Shown here: one piece after another, positions 1 to 23,933 of the stretch
Layout: each line of letters starts with the position of its first letter
Position numbering within the stretch: the stretch's first letter is position 1
Notes under the pieces: model-generated
The model's input: the letters and a program-made list of their open reading frames with translations, nothing else
Databases searched by the model: none
Told to the model about the DNA's origin: nothing
Translations under genes and position numbers: made by a program
Assembly: GCF_009914755.1 (NCBI RefSeq)
Contig: NC_060929.1
Direction: 5' to 3' (one strand)
DNA from: the human T2T-CHM13v2.0 reference genome, Homo sapiens
Length of the DNA stretch: 64,000 bases

Positions 1-1542
1 GTATTGAAGGAAATATTTTGTTTCTAGAAGAATGATCACAATTTCATATTTTTAAAAAGAGCTATTAACAGTTTTATTTTAAAATAGCAACATGTACAAT
101 GCACTCATACATAGTTTGCAATTGTTAAAATGATGATGAAAATCTTTAACCTCACTAAAAAAAAACACATTTACAGATTTTAAAAATTCTTTTAGGGGGT
201 ACACAAGATAAAAATTTAAAGACCTCAGCTGTAGATTGCAATTTTCCAAATGGATCTCACAATACTGGCACCTAGCCAAAATAAATTCTTTAACCAAAGA
301 TAGGAAAATGAGAAAGTAGGACAACTTATTGATTTTTTAATAAAATGATGTTAAATGTTTTCAGTTTAAAGTTCTGTTCTATTTTCTGAAATTAAGGTGC
401 TTGCTACCTTTTTAGGGGGTTGAGAGGAGTTTAGTTTGAAAATAATGATGTTAATATTAACATGCTTTTCTTTTTTCATTTCTACATTGCCTTTGAAAGC
501 AACAGCTATGTGCTTTACAGGGCTTGCCTAAGGAGGCTACCTGTAAGGAGAAGAAGCTGAGTTTCATTTTGCTACTGAGAAACACACAAAGGATTGCCTT
601 TAACTTCCTAAGCATTGCAACTGAAAGCAGAAGAAATTGCCAGATCCCTGCTGATTTATGAAATGCATTTCAAAGCCACAGAACTACCATTTTAGGCATT
701 GCAGCACAATTTAATTGGCATTATTTTTCTTACTGGTCCAGAAAATAATGGTGTGATTTACAAATGTTGATGTCTTCAATTTGATCAAACACTGTATTTA
801 AAATTGTATACCTCTTCCTGCTGATCTACTTTATCCTGCTCTACTGCACTATATGATTCACTAATTAACTCTAAATTTACCATCAGTCTCCTTCAGCTGG
901 AAGATGAGCTCCTTGAAGGCAAGCATCTTTGTTTATTCATCGTAGGGTCTAGATAAACCAATGTTTAATACATAATTGTTGAATGAATTAATGACTGAAG
1001 GAATTGGATCGTAACCCCTACTTGAATGTAATTTTACACTTACCCTTGTGACCTTGATAGAACTAATAGTCCTGCCTTTGTCAGGCTGGCAGCTTTATGT
1101 CAAATCTACATTTTGGGTGTGTAGGAAGACTGGCCAAGGGACAATATCAAAGGCTAGTACCGCAAGCCCTAAAGCAATAGTGAAGAGTGACAGTTTCTAG
1201 TGATGAGTCTGTATGTATAGGAGGGAAGTGGGCATTGGGATGAGGAAGGAATCAAGGATTATTCTCTTATAGCCATGGATATATTCAAATGTGTGGAATG
1301 AATGGATGAGTAAATGCAACATTTGACAATTTCTCCAAATATGGTTTTTTTTCTCATGTACTAATGGTTATATTTTTTAAGTGGTAATCTCATTACCTCT
1401 CCAAGACCAAGCAAGACATCAATCAAATTGTGTGAGAAGCAAATTCACACATTAACTTAACCATGAAAGCAAGCAGTGGCTCATGTGCCATGAAAAGAAT
1501 TCAGATTCGAAGGAATGAGAATCAGGTAGCAGGCTGAGTAAA

Positions 1543-1576
1543 TATTCTCACAATCAGACTATTCTCACAATCAGAC
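1543..1576. repeat. Perfect 17-bp tandem duplication
   Basis: TATTCTCACAATCAGAC x2. Confidence 0.95.
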
Positions 1577-2225
1577 CTTGACCTAGTGAGAAATTAAACA
1601 TACTCTACTTTTCCTTTAGTCTTCATTTATTTTTGCTTAAGTTTGTGGGGGATATGCTGGCTTAATTTGCATCTGATGATTGTATTTCTTCTTGGGAGAA
1701 ATGGAACAAGTGACTAATACCTACCAGGTGGATGGCAGGTAGGCAGAGGTGAATGGAAGCAGAGCCAACACATTTTCTGTGCCAAGTACAATTCCCCAGG
1801 CTGAATTATATTTCAAATTTGTTTGCATTGGTTCTTTCATTATTGCTTACACAAATAGAGCTGAAAAACCACATGGTTAAGTACAGAATACCGTGATATA
1901 ATGACTTGTAGACACAAGGGGTCAGCATTTGAACACAGATGATTTGGTCGAAGTCTTGCCTTGTTCCCTTCTGCTGCTCTACTCTGGCTTGATGTGCTTA
2001 TGTGTATGAGGGTAGATATGGAAATGAAATTCAATTTGTATTTTGCACATCGCTTTCTTTTCCAGTTTAGAATTTTGAGATCTCCCTTTTATATTTAATC
2101 AGTCTGTTATTGTCATGGGAGATGATATCTAACAAGGAGTCTTACCAGTCTCACTGGCCCCAATGGTTTCAGCAAACTTCAGTGACCTCCAGATATACGC
2201 TAATTTTTCTCTTCCCAAAAGAGCT

Positions 2226-2296
2226 TCTTAACCTAATCTACTCTTTTTTGAAGAGTCTTAACCTAACCTACTCTTTTTTGAAGAGTCCCTAATCTA
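2226..2296. repeat. 30-bp tandem duplication plus partial third unit
   Basis: TCTTAACCTAA(T/C)CTACTCTTTTTTGAAGAG x2 with one mismatch. Confidence 0.9.
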
Positions 2297-2574
2297 TGCT
2301 TGCTTAATACATGTGTTGGATGATACACTATTTTACTGATACAAATCTACCAGAAACAGGAGATTTGTGGTTGGAGAGATTGTATCTTGATTCTGAGCTT
2401 ATTCTGAGCTTTCGACTTAGCATTGGGCTCCATTATAATTGCTCTGTCTTTGATCTGTCCTTTCACTTTCTACGTCTAACTCAGTGCAAATGCATGCTAC
2501 AGTATCTCTTAAGAAACACTATATTATTCCCATAATTAAAAATTATTACAGTAAAATTCACTTTTTTGGGTGTA

Positions 2575-3020
2575 CAGTTCCTTAGCTGGGTATCACTGGC
2601 TCAGGGTCTCATGAAGCTGTAATTGAGATGTCAGCCAGAGCTGCTCTCCCATCTGAAGGCTTAACTGAGGGAGAATCCACATTTGCTCATGTGGCTATGG
2701 GTGGGATTCAGTTCCTCAGGGACTGTTGGACTAGGGACTTCAGTTCCCTGCTGGCTGTTGCTGGAGGCTTCCCTCAGTTCCTTGTCATATCTCCATAGGG
2801 CAGAGTGACCCAGATGACACAGCTTGTTTCCACACAGGTGAGAAAGTGAGAGACTGAGAGAAAGATGAAAGTCAGGGTGTTTTTGTAACCCATGTAAAAG
2901 TGACATCCCATCATGTTTACTGTATTCTATTTATTGGAAGCAAAAGTAGGGAGGATTACACAACAGTGTGAACATCAGAAGGCAGGGATCACTGGGGACC
3001 ATTTTAGAGGTTGCCACCAT
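2575..3020 (-). mobile_element. MLT1-family (ERVL-MaLR) LTR
   Basis: Typical reverse MLT1 text (cttagctggg..ctggctcagggtctcatgaagctg ... ggggaccattttagagg). Ends approximate. Confidence 0.65.
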
Positions 3021-3432
3021 AAAGGCTGTCACAATGATCCAATTGAGAAATGATGGAGTTTGCATTTGGGTGGTGCCAGTAGGCTAACATCCTCCGATTG
3101 CAAAATATGAGTGACATTTAGAAGAATAAAATTGCTAAAACATGATGGTTGATTGGCTATGGTAGATAAAGGAATAAAAAATTTTGAAGAAGACTCCAGA
3201 TTTCGGGCTTGAGCTCCTGAGTAGATGGCAGTACTATTCACTTATAATGATATTCTGCAGGAAGGCAGAGATCGTGACTGCTGTTTCGGACATATTAGCT
3301 TGCAAGTACCTGTGAGGCATCTAATTTGAATATCAGGCAGGTGGTTAGATATTCAGATTTTGAGCTTATAAGAAAGTTGTGGATCAGATAATGGATTTGG
3401 CTTTTGTCACTGTAGAGATTGTAATTGAAGCC

Positions 3433-4846
3433 TGTCTTAGGTCCAGTTTCTAGGAGCACAAATTTCCCAAATAACAAGTGAGTCAGTAGGAATGAAGTGA
3501 ACAGACTCTTTCTAGTTCTACCCCTTGACTCCTGGATTCGTATATTCTACCACTGGATACACAGTACCACATAATGACCATTGGTAGAAGGTATATACTA
3601 CATCCTAAAGCAACACCCAAACCTCATAATGTATCGTCTGTAAGCTGGCACCTCAGTTGTGACTTTAAGAAACTGTTCCAATCTCTATCAAAATAGCAAT
3701 ATCTGGGCTATACAGTATGTGGGAATTGGTGGGTTCCATACTCACGCACCTGTTCTGTGACCCCCATCTGTCATAAGTTGGCTTCCTGGTCTGATGCAAT
3801 ATTATTCAGGATTCCATGTCAGTAAATCAAGTACTCTGTGAGTCTTTGAATAGTAGGTGTGAATTGAGGCACTGCGGGCAGAAAGGCAAACCTATACCCA
3901 GAAAATATGCTATTCCTGGATAAGACAAATCACTTCTCTTTTCAAGGTAGAAAAGGAATTATTTGCAACTAAATGGTGTCTTCTTGAGAGATAGCATACT
4001 GGGCATCTTTCAGACGGGTTTCAGCAGTGGCAGTAACTAGATCAGCATTGGTGGGAGGGAGACCCTTCCACTGGGCTCACGCAGAGCCTCCATTTGAATA
4101 TCCGTGACTATTCTTTGAGGAGGCCCAGTGTGCCAGCCCTGGTGTGGCCAGGGCTACCTGACATTTACCAGTCAAGTCATCCTGTCCATCTAGTTTTGTA
4201 GAGCCTCTTCTACAGTGAATACTCCCTAATGGACATTAATGCATGATACACAGTTTGCCCATTCCTATGGGTCCATGAACCTGTTTCTACTCCAGATCTC
4301 TTTGTTCCCAATCTTCCAATCCAAATAGTTCAATTCCAAATGATCCATTCTGCACTGCTCAGAAGTCCGTGCTTATCCTTCCTTCAAGCCACTCTCTTCA
4401 CACAAAGTGGATGACCAGGTGCACTCCTGTTCAAAGCTGGGACCTCTGTCATGCAGCAGCAGTCTATTTTTGTTTGTACTAGCATACCAAGCTGGTCTAT
4501 CTGTAAATCAGACCTTGGTTTTTTTCTCTCCTTCATCACTGGCGGGTCCTCAGTTATTATACAGAACCATTTTGGCATACCTGCATCTTGGGCTTTTGAA
4601 TCTCTTCCTTAGAACTCTGGCAAGACTACTCTGGTACCTCCACCTCATTTAATGTGAGTCAGCCTTATCATCCCACACCAAGTTCCTAAGAGTCATCCCA
4701 GCAATGGAATAAGACCAGTTCTAAACCCCACAGGAAATCCTCTGAAGGGTCATTGGGAGCAAAAGTGAACTAAAACCAGGGAAGAGGCACAGAGACTGGT
4801 AAAGATGATTTGAAGAGAGCTGTGCAGCCACTAACCGTGTCTACTA
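3433..4846 (-). mobile_element. ERVL-type element with decayed pol remnant
   Basis: Begins TG, flanked by TGAAGCC at 3426-3432 and 4847-4853. Minus frame near 4470-4525 reads EKTKV*FTDRPAWYAST, resembling ERVL RNase H (EKTRAWFTDGSARYAGT). Confidence 0.6.
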
Positions 4847-5355
4847 TGAAGCCATCAGGGTGGATGATGTGGAGAGAGGGTGAAGTGAGAAGAACACAGT
4901 AGTTCAGAGAGAGCCCTCCCTACAAAACCCCCAAACCCCAATAGTTAATGATTAATAGAGAAAGTATTGCCTACAAATAAGACAGAAATCGAGTTTCAAA
5001 AGATGATGCCAGACAATGTTTTAAGTAAAGGATTATTTCATTGAATTGGCAGATGCTGAGTCATTAAGTAAGCTGAAAAGTTCAAATGCATTCATCGGAT
5101 GTAGTATCATGGAGGTCAATGATGACCTTGTCAAGGGCAGTATCAGTGGCATGGTGGGCCCAGGAGCCAGATTTAGAGTAAGAGTTGGAGGAAAGTAAAT
5201 AAAGCCAAGTAAAGAAAGGTAACAGAAGAAGGAAGGGAAGAAATAGGATGATGGATGGAAAGGACTATAGGATTAAGGGAATATTTTATTCTACTCTTTG
5301 TTTTGTTTTTAAATTTGGAGAGACATGAATAATGCTAGTTTGAAGGAGGCCTGGG

Positions 5356-5402
5356 AGAGAGAGGGAGAGGGAGAGAGAGAGAGAGAGGGAGAGATAGAGA
5401 GA
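5356..5402. repeat. (GA)n-rich purine tract
   Basis: Read directly. Confidence 0.85.
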
Positions 5403-7041
5403 TTTGTTGGTGCCTGATTCCTAAGGAGAAGACTCTAGGGAAAAAGATTCTAAGTCCAGATGAAGGAATTGCTTTTGATGGTAAGGGACAATCTCCATAT
5501 TGCAACAGAAAGGTGGAGAAAATGATAGTTTTGGGATTTGATGGTGGGAAGTTGAGGCTATATAGTTCCAATCAGATGGTTTATTTTCCCCCAGTAGAAG
5601 ACAGGGTCATTTGCTAAGAGTTCATGGGTTGGAGAAAGTAAGAGGATTGAGGATGGTGGACAGTGTCTGAAAGAAAGGACAGATGGTGTACAGAGGAGGC
5701 AGATGGCAATGGCAATGAGGAAGACAGAGACTGTAAGCCTGGACTCAGCAGGTCCAGGATTTACAGAGGCTGGAAAAATATTTGTCTGGAACATGAACCC
5801 ACTTCCAGCCCTGAGATACCTGGGGAATTAGGAAATATGCCACTTCTATCAAAAGGGCTGTAACGGAAGTGGTGTTCCACATGGGAAGTTAGGGTTAATT
5901 ATGAGCAGAAAGTGCAAGGAAGACATGTTTGAGAATGTAGAAGAATTGTTTCATAGAGCTGGGGTTTCTGAAGAGTAAAATGAAGATTTTGGGAGTTTGG
6001 GAAGGACAGGGATTAAGTCAGGAAGGAGAAAACATAGAACATTACACAAACCAACAAAATATTCTATAATTTTTTTTTTCTGGTCTCTCTCTCATTTTTC
6101 TTTTCAACCAACAAGGACACTATTTTTTTTTTTTTTTTTTTGCTAGTTATCAGTATAAACTGTTCCCTATCCAAGGGAATTCAATTAGGACAATTTGCAA
6201 AATTGAACTAAAATAAATCTCAGCTGGAATTTAAGTTGACTGGTTGCTCTGGTCTAAATTGAGATACTGCTTTTAAGAATATATTCATGTTTGGGCATTA
6301 AGAGTTCACCATTTTCCTGTGATTATAATTAAATATTATTAACTTCTCTCTCCTTGACCTCTCTGTGGCATGATTATTTTGCTGTAATTTTAAAAAGATC
6401 TACTTTTAGCCTTTGGATGCAACACATGTAACTGTTCATCAAGGATCAACTGCAGGTATTTTTGTCTTTCATATGTATCAAGAGGCCTAATTGTTATCAT
6501 GAGTCTATTAAAAACTCTTTGGCGTCAGCAAGACATTTACACTTATAAGGAAGAATAGATAAATTTGTATCTTTCAAAATAAGAGGATGTTAGCTGCTGA
6601 AAAAATTTCACTATTTTCAATTGCATACTTCATTAAACCTAAGAAGGTGCATTGGAAAATAAAGACTAAAAAGTAGATTGACCTGTAGTTGTTGAGGAAA
6701 GGGTGTGCTTAGGAACTGGACATTATTTTGTAAGTGACAGGGAGCCAGTAAACTCCTTTCTGTTTGTGTAACTTTCACCATCAGAACTGAGCTTTAGTAA
6801 AATAGCTGCTATGTGGAAGTTGGAATGGAGAGAGAGAGAAATTGAAGGCAAGAAGGAAAGGAATAAGCTAGTGCAGTGGCTTAGGTGAGAAATAGCATCA
6901 GTCTAATCTACACAAATGACCAGGAATAGAAACGTGGTGATGAAGTAAACTAGATAGATAACACACACTTGATTGACAATCGACTAAATTGCTTGATTTG
7001 TCAAATTATACTGGAAAGGTCATAATTCCTGATCTCATGTT

Positions 7042-7685
7042 TGTAAGCCAAAAAGTGTCTGCGACAGGTCTCAATCAATTTAGAAAGTTTATTTTGCCAA
7101 AGTTAATGATGTGTGCCCAGGAGGCAAGTCTGTGCCTTTCTCCAAAGATAATTTTAAGGGCTTCAGTATTTAAAGGGAAAAAGCAAATATTGGGGAAAGA
7201 GAAATAAATTGTTAGAAGGTGTGTGTAGATAAGAGACAAACAGTTGCACTCTTTTGAGTCTTTGATCAGCCTTTCACCAAATACACAATTTACGTATGAG
7301 AAGGAGGTAGAGGAATAGTCACTTATGCCTTCATCTGGCTCCATAAATCTGCATTTTACATCAGAGTAAGCAATCAGATATCCATTTATCTCAGGTGAGC
7401 AGAGGGAGGACAAAGTTCTGTCCTTTGTCCCCCACCTGTGAAGATAAGCTGTCAATTTACATTGTCAGGGTAAAATTCAACAGAATTGTTTTAGGGTGAA
7501 GATATTGGAGCCCACAAGGAATTTCCTAGTGGGCAAATTGTAAGGGACATATGTAGCTTTTTTTTCTTTGTGGCTATCTTATTTAGAAATAAAATAGGAG
7601 GCAGGTTTGCCTGACACAATTCCCAGCTTGACTTTTTTCTTTGGCTTAGTGATTTTGGGGTCCCGAGATTTATTTTCTTTTCACA
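7042..7685 (-). mobile_element. MER4A-like ERV1 solo LTR
   Basis: Minus strand starts TGTGAAAAGAAAATAAATCTCGGGACCCCAAAATCACTAAGC. TG..CA ends. Confidence 0.8.
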
Positions 7686-8199
7686 CATTTTTCACTATTC
7701 CACTCCAACTTCCTCCTTCTCCATGTGCCCCCAAATATCTTTCTGAGCCATAAAGAGTTAATGTTAAAAGGAACAGCACATTTCCTGACATCCATAACAC
7801 TAGGGAAGAGGAATAGAACACAACTGCGTAATTATCATTGCACAATCACAACTGGAACTGATTGTTTCAGCTTGAAAATGGCTCTTGATTTCCCCTGGTG
7901 ACATTTTCAGACCTTCATTATAAGTGAAGAACCTTGGTAACCATGTCATGCATTTTTCTGTGGTCTGAAACATATCCATTTAATGAGATGATGACCTTTA
8001 TTTATCTACAAAATGTGAAACCATTAGCTGTTAACCAAACATACAGAGTGAGGTTGAGACAGTAACTTAGGACTTTGAATCTCAGAATTTAGATGTTTTT
8101 CTAAACAACACTTAGACAAAGTGAACAGGAATTTCTTCTATTACTAGGGATTTTGATATAAAAACACATAACATCATAACTCTGTAGTTGAGTGTGTAT

Positions 8200-8580
8200 A
8201 ATGGATTGTATAACTGTTTACTAATATTCAGTGCCCCACCTGTAAGAAAAATTTGTATTTATCTGACCCTTAGGTTTGGCCATGTGACTTGCTATGGCCA
8301 AAGAGATATAATGGCGGTGGCATGCGTGTCCTTTTCAGGTGGAAGTTTAAGAACCAGTGCATTTTTTGCCACACTGTCTCTACACATTGCTTCAGCAATG
8401 GGTAATGTAGATTGTGTCCACTCTCTCAGGCTAGGTCTCTGGGTGAGGACAAAGTGACAGAAATCAGAACACTCAACTGGCACATGAGGGAAATGTATTA
8501 TAAGCAAGAAATAAACTTTGCTGCTTTAGGCCACAGAGATGTAGGGTTGTTTGTTATCCCAGTATAATTAAGCTATCTCA
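8200..8580 (+). mobile_element. MLT1-family LTR (old)
   Basis: ggccatgtgacttgctatggccaa ... agcaagaaataaactttg ... gttgtttgttatcccag. Confidence 0.65.
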
Positions 8581-9667
8581 GTTTGTTAAGGGTATATGTC
8601 TACTGCACACCTGTATTACGTATCTGGAGTCATTTTTACAAGAAAGAAACACTGAGGGGAAAGGTAGTGTGGGTGTAATGAGAAAAAACTGTTAGAAAAC
8701 AGTCTTTAAATTGTCACTAGAAATTGGTGAAAAAAACTCACTGTTCTTTTATGTTTAACTATATACTGCTATAAAAATGATCAAATATTTTGTTTTAAGT
8801 GCTTAGGGATAGAGAAGAAGGTGGAGAAATTGGGAGTGCAAAATAATAAATGTAGAAAGAAATGGAAAGTTCTCCAGATTTTCTAAAAGGATCACAGAAA
8901 AGTTAACTAACCGAAATGCCTTTAATTGCAGAGACCAAAATAACTGTTGGGTGGGTATTTTTGTGACTCCTTGTCTGGAATTAGCCTCTAGAGTGTACCT
9001 CACCATACAGTCACATCTTAGAGGACCATCCCAACACTTAGAATATTAGAGAGGTCTATCAGATCTGCCCATACTGTGATGGCCAAAGACTGGCTGGAAC
9101 TCAAGAAAGTTCATGAAGAGCCTTTCTCCAAGGTGCTTAAGACTTTATCATGTTTATACATGTCTTTTTGGTCAGAAAGAATTTGTTTTGTGTCTCTTTT
9201 TGTGTTCTTCAAAGTGAAATGTGTAAAGTGAATTCAAAAGTCTGATGGGAAAACGTCTGGTGAGAGGATAAAATCAGGACCTTACTTTAGTGTTACTTTG
9301 AAGAAAGTAAGCAGGAGTTACTTCACCTGACTCATGAAATTTGCTTACGTTTCATTGCTTTGTATATGTGTTTGTGGAAGGGGCTCCAAGAAATTGAACA
9401 TAACATAATTGACTAGCAATGTACCAGGCAACTGTTTCTAAGGGTTTCAGAAGGCTTTTTAAATTTTGTTGCTTGAGAATCTTGGCATCCATGATTCAGT
9501 GTGATAGGAGATCTGGTTTTAGCTTTTTCTCTATGTAGGAAGAATTTATTTCCACCAACAGGGGTAACACCATTCCTTTTAACACAATTATCAAAATAAA
9601 ATAAATCTGCATAAAGGAACCAAAGTCTTGGTAAGACGTGCTTAGGTTTTCTGGACAGGTATGCAGT

Positions 9668-10029
9668 TAATATGGTTTGGTTCTCTGTCCCCACCAAGAT
9701 CTCATCTCAAACTGTAATACCCACATGTCAGGGGAGGGACCTGGTGGGAGGTGATTGGATGATGGGAGTGGATTTTCTCCATATTGTTCTCTTAATAGTG
9801 AGTGAGTTCTCATGAGACCTGATGATTTAAAAGTGTGGCACTTCCCCCCTTGCTCTCTCTCCTGCTGCCATGTAAGATGTGCTTGCTTCCCCTTCGCCTT
9901 CTGCCATGATTGTAAGTTTCCTGAGGCCTCTCTAGTCATGCAGAACTGTGAGTCAATTAAACCTCTTTTCCTTATAAATTACCCAGTCTCAGGTAGTTCT
10001 TTACAGTAATGTGAAAATGGACTAATACA
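9668..10029 (+). mobile_element. THE1D/MST-like solo LTR
   Basis: TAATATGGTTTGG ... GGACTAATACA with a perfect 5-bp TSD GCAGT on both sides. Confidence 0.88.
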
Positions 10030-10391
10030 GCAGTCTTACATGAGCATGGTCAGGATTTGTGGACAATACCAGAAAGAGGCAAAAACTTACAAATACTGAT
10101 TGATAAAAAAAAACAATACTCGAAGACTTATTTTTGAACAAGCACATAAACAAAAACCAAGACTTACTTTATCATTACCTATAAAAGCAGGTGAACAATA
10201 ACCATACTTTTTAGATGGGGGATGTAGGAAAGTGAAGAAACAAACCCAAATTTTATCTTCAGTTTAGCTAGTACAGCACTCCAGACTTGTGTATATAATT
10301 TGCCTACTAATCACTTCCACTTAGATGTTTAAGTGGCATCCAAACTTATATGACCTAACTGCACTCTTGATTTCCTCCTTCCTTATCCTGC

Positions 10392-10934
10392 TGTGATGGT
10401 TAACTTTATGTGTCAACTTGACTGGGTTGCAGAGTGTCCAGATCGCTGGTAAAACATTGTTTCTGGGTGTGCACATGAGGGTGTTTTCAGAAGAGATTAG
10501 AAGTTGAATCTGTAGACTGAGTAAAGAGAATCCACCTTCACCAATGTGAGTGTGCATCATCCAGTCTGTTGAGGGCCTGAATAGAACAAAAGGACAGATG
10601 AAGGATAAATTCACTCTTGTCTGGAGCTGTGATTTTCATCTCCTTCTGCCCTTGGATAGCAGTGCTTCTGGCTCTCAGGCCTTTGACCTTTAGGACTTAA
10701 CACTATTCTTCTCCTTCCCCTACCCAAGGCTTTCAGCCTCAGACTGAATAACATTACAAACTTTCCTGGTTCTTCAGCTTGCAAACAGCATGTGGTGAAT
10801 CATCTCAACCTCCATAATTGCATGAGCCAATTCTCATAATAAATCCCCCCTTATCTATCTATCTGTCTCTATCTCGATCATCTGTATCTATATCTCCTGT
10901 TGCTTCTATTTCCCTGGGGAACCTTGACTAATAC
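10392..10934 (+). mobile_element. MLT2 (ERVL) solo LTR inserted in an L2 fragment (~10300-11240)
   Basis: TGTGATGGTTAACTTTATGTGTCAACTTGACTGGG ... CTTGACTAATAC. CCTGC-type TSD and internal (TATC)n. Confidence 0.85.
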
Positions 10935-11421
10935 CTGCTTTTCATATAGTCTTCCACATCTCAGGATATTGAAACTTCATCCTTCCAGCTTCTCAGGCCA
11001 GAAACCTTGTAGTCATGTTTGATTCTCTTCTTTCTCTCATATTCCACATTCAATACATTGGTAAACTTGGGCAGCTTTACTTTAAATACATATCAAGAAT
11101 CCGACCAATTACCACCACCTCCATTGTTATCACTAAACCATCACCAGTCTCCTGAACCAAGTGAGAGCCCCTGCTCATTTTCCCCTTCCCAATCTTATCC
11201 TCCTAGTGATTCTTTTCCACAAAACAGCCAACAGGATTTTTAAAAACTTTTAAAACATAATTTAGAAGTATTTTTTAAAAATAAAGTACACATATACATA
11301 AAGAGTCAAATAATTTCACAAGGTTGTTACTACAATAGCAGTCCCTTACCACCCTCACCACCCCATCTATGTAGCTTCTCAGAGGCAGCCATTTTGAACT
11401 CCTTCAACTGATTGGTATTGA

Positions 11422-11576
11422 CCGCATTTCATTAAATCAATAATGCCTGAGATTCTATAATGCAACAAATGCTGCCAGTTAAACTATGATACACCATGGG
11501 TTGAGACGTATCCTGATTATGGAGATGTTGAAATGTAAAAAAAAAAATGTATGTCTCAGGATTGATGAAATATGGT
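11422..11576. mobile_element. MER104/Tc2-like MITE
   Basis: Terminal inverted repeats ccgcatttcatt ... gatgaaatatgg. Confidence 0.5.
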
Positions 11577-11825
11577 ATTTTCATTTCTTTGAATAACATG
11601 TTTATATATGTATCTGTATGTATATTTACACATGCTTATGTACCTATAGACAGTATATATTATGTATATTATATATAATATAAATTATGCAATGTAAATA
11701 TAATATATAAGATGTTATGCATATTATTAATTTTATATATATTTACGTATATATTTCTTTGTTCTGGAGCTTAGGCAATAAATGTTAACTTCCCACTGTG
11801 AAAGATGAAGGTCTAGTATGCTTTT

Positions 11826-12000
11826 ATTTATTTATTTATTTATTTTTAATCAAACAATTTACTTTTTATTTTTTCTTAATTTTTTAATATTGCATTTTCA
11901 ATATGAGAGTATCTTCAGACACTAAAATATATTTTGGTCAGTACAGATTTCAAAAATTTTACCTATGTCTCTGGATGCTTCTCTTTTCATTCTTTATAGT
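11826..12000 (-). mobile_element. 3'-transduced unique segment plus second (TAAA)n tail belonging to the L1PA7/8-like insertion
   Basis: Lies between the L1 A-tract (12003-12010) and the TSD (11812-11825). AATAAA at 11870-11865, 17 nt before the A-rich tail. Confidence 0.75.
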
Positions 12001-18783
<6,783 letters not shown>

Positions 18784-19035
18784 TCTAGTATGCTTTTTTT
18801 TTTTTTTTTTGCTTCTTTTCTTTTTTTTTTTAGTTATACTTTAAGTTCTAGGGTACATGTGCACAACGTGCAGGTTCATTACATATGTATACATGTGCCA
18901 TGTTGGTGTGCTGCACCCATTAACTTGTCATTTACATTAGGTATATCTCCTAATGCTATCCCTCCCCTTCCCCACACCCCACGACAGGCCCCGGTGTGTG
19001 ATGTTCCCCTTCCTGTGTCCAGGTGTTCTCACTGT

Positions 19036-22850
<3,815 letters not shown>

Positions 22851-22916
22851 TATGATGTTGTTACCTGGTTATTTTGCTCATTAGTTGATGCAGTTTCTTC
22901 CTACCTTCGATGGTCT

Positions 22917-23933
22917 TTACAATTTGGCATGTTTTTGCAGTGGCTGGTACCAGTTGTTCCTTTCCATGTTTAGTGCTTCCTTCAGGAGCTCTTTTAGGGC
23001 AGGCCTGTTGGTGACAAAATCTCTCAGCATTTGCTTGTCTGCAAAGTATTTTATTTCTCCTTTGCTTATGAAGCTTAGTTTGGCTGGATATGAAATTCTG
23101 GGTTGAAAATTCTTTTCTTTAAGAATGTTGAATATTGGCCCCCACCCTCTTCTGTCTTGTAGAGTTTCTGCAGAGAGATCCACTGTTAGTCTGATGGGCT
23201 TCCCTTTGTGGGTAATCTGACCTTTCTCTCTGGCTGCGCTTAACATTTTTTCCTTCATTTCAACTTTGGCAAATCTGACGATTATATGTCTTGGGGTTGC
23301 TCTTCTTGAGGAGTATCTTTGTGGCATTCTCTGTATTTCCTGAATTTGAATGTTGGCCTGCCTTGCTAGGTTGGGGAAGTTCTCCTGGATAATATCCTGC
23401 AGAGTGTTTTCCAATTTGGTTCCATTCTCCCCATCACTTTCAGGTACACCAATGAGACGTAGATTTGGTCTTTTCACATAGTCCCATATTTCTTGGAGGC
23501 TTTGTTCCTTTCTTTTTACTCCTTTTTCTCTAAACTTCTCTTCTCACTTCATTTCATTCATTTGATCTTCAATCACTGATACCCTTTCTTCCAGTTGATC
23601 GAATCAGCTACTGAAGCTTGTGCATTTGTCATGTAGTTCTTGTGCCATGGTTTTCAGCTCCATCAGGTCATTTAAGTACTTCTCTACACTGATTATTCTA
23701 GTTAGCCACTCACCTAATCTTTTTTCAAGGTTTTTAGCTTCTTTACGATGGGTTCAAACTTCCTCCTTTAGCTCAGAGAAGTTTTATCATCTGAAGCCTT
23801 CTTCTCTCAACATGTCAAAGTCATTCTCCATCCAGCTTTGTTCTGTTGCTGGTGAGGAGCTGCATTCCTTTGGAGGGGGAGAGGCGCTCTGATTTTTAGA
23901 ATTTTCAGTTTTTCTGCTCTGTTTTTTCCCCAT
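22917..23933 (-). pseudogene. L1 ORF1p, full length (1017 nt, no net indel) but with in-frame stops
   Basis: ATG GGG AAA AAA CAG AGC at 23933. Stops at plus positions 23787, 23784, 23754, 23604 and 23544. C-terminus ...YQPLQKHAKL*. Confidence 0.88.

Larger units (their letters stand above)
3030..5900 (-). mobile_element. Old L2 fragment interrupted by an ERVL-type insert
   Basis: L2-like purine-rich text on both sides of 3433-4846 (e.g. ggaggtcaatgatgaccttg). Ends approximate. Confidence 0.55.
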
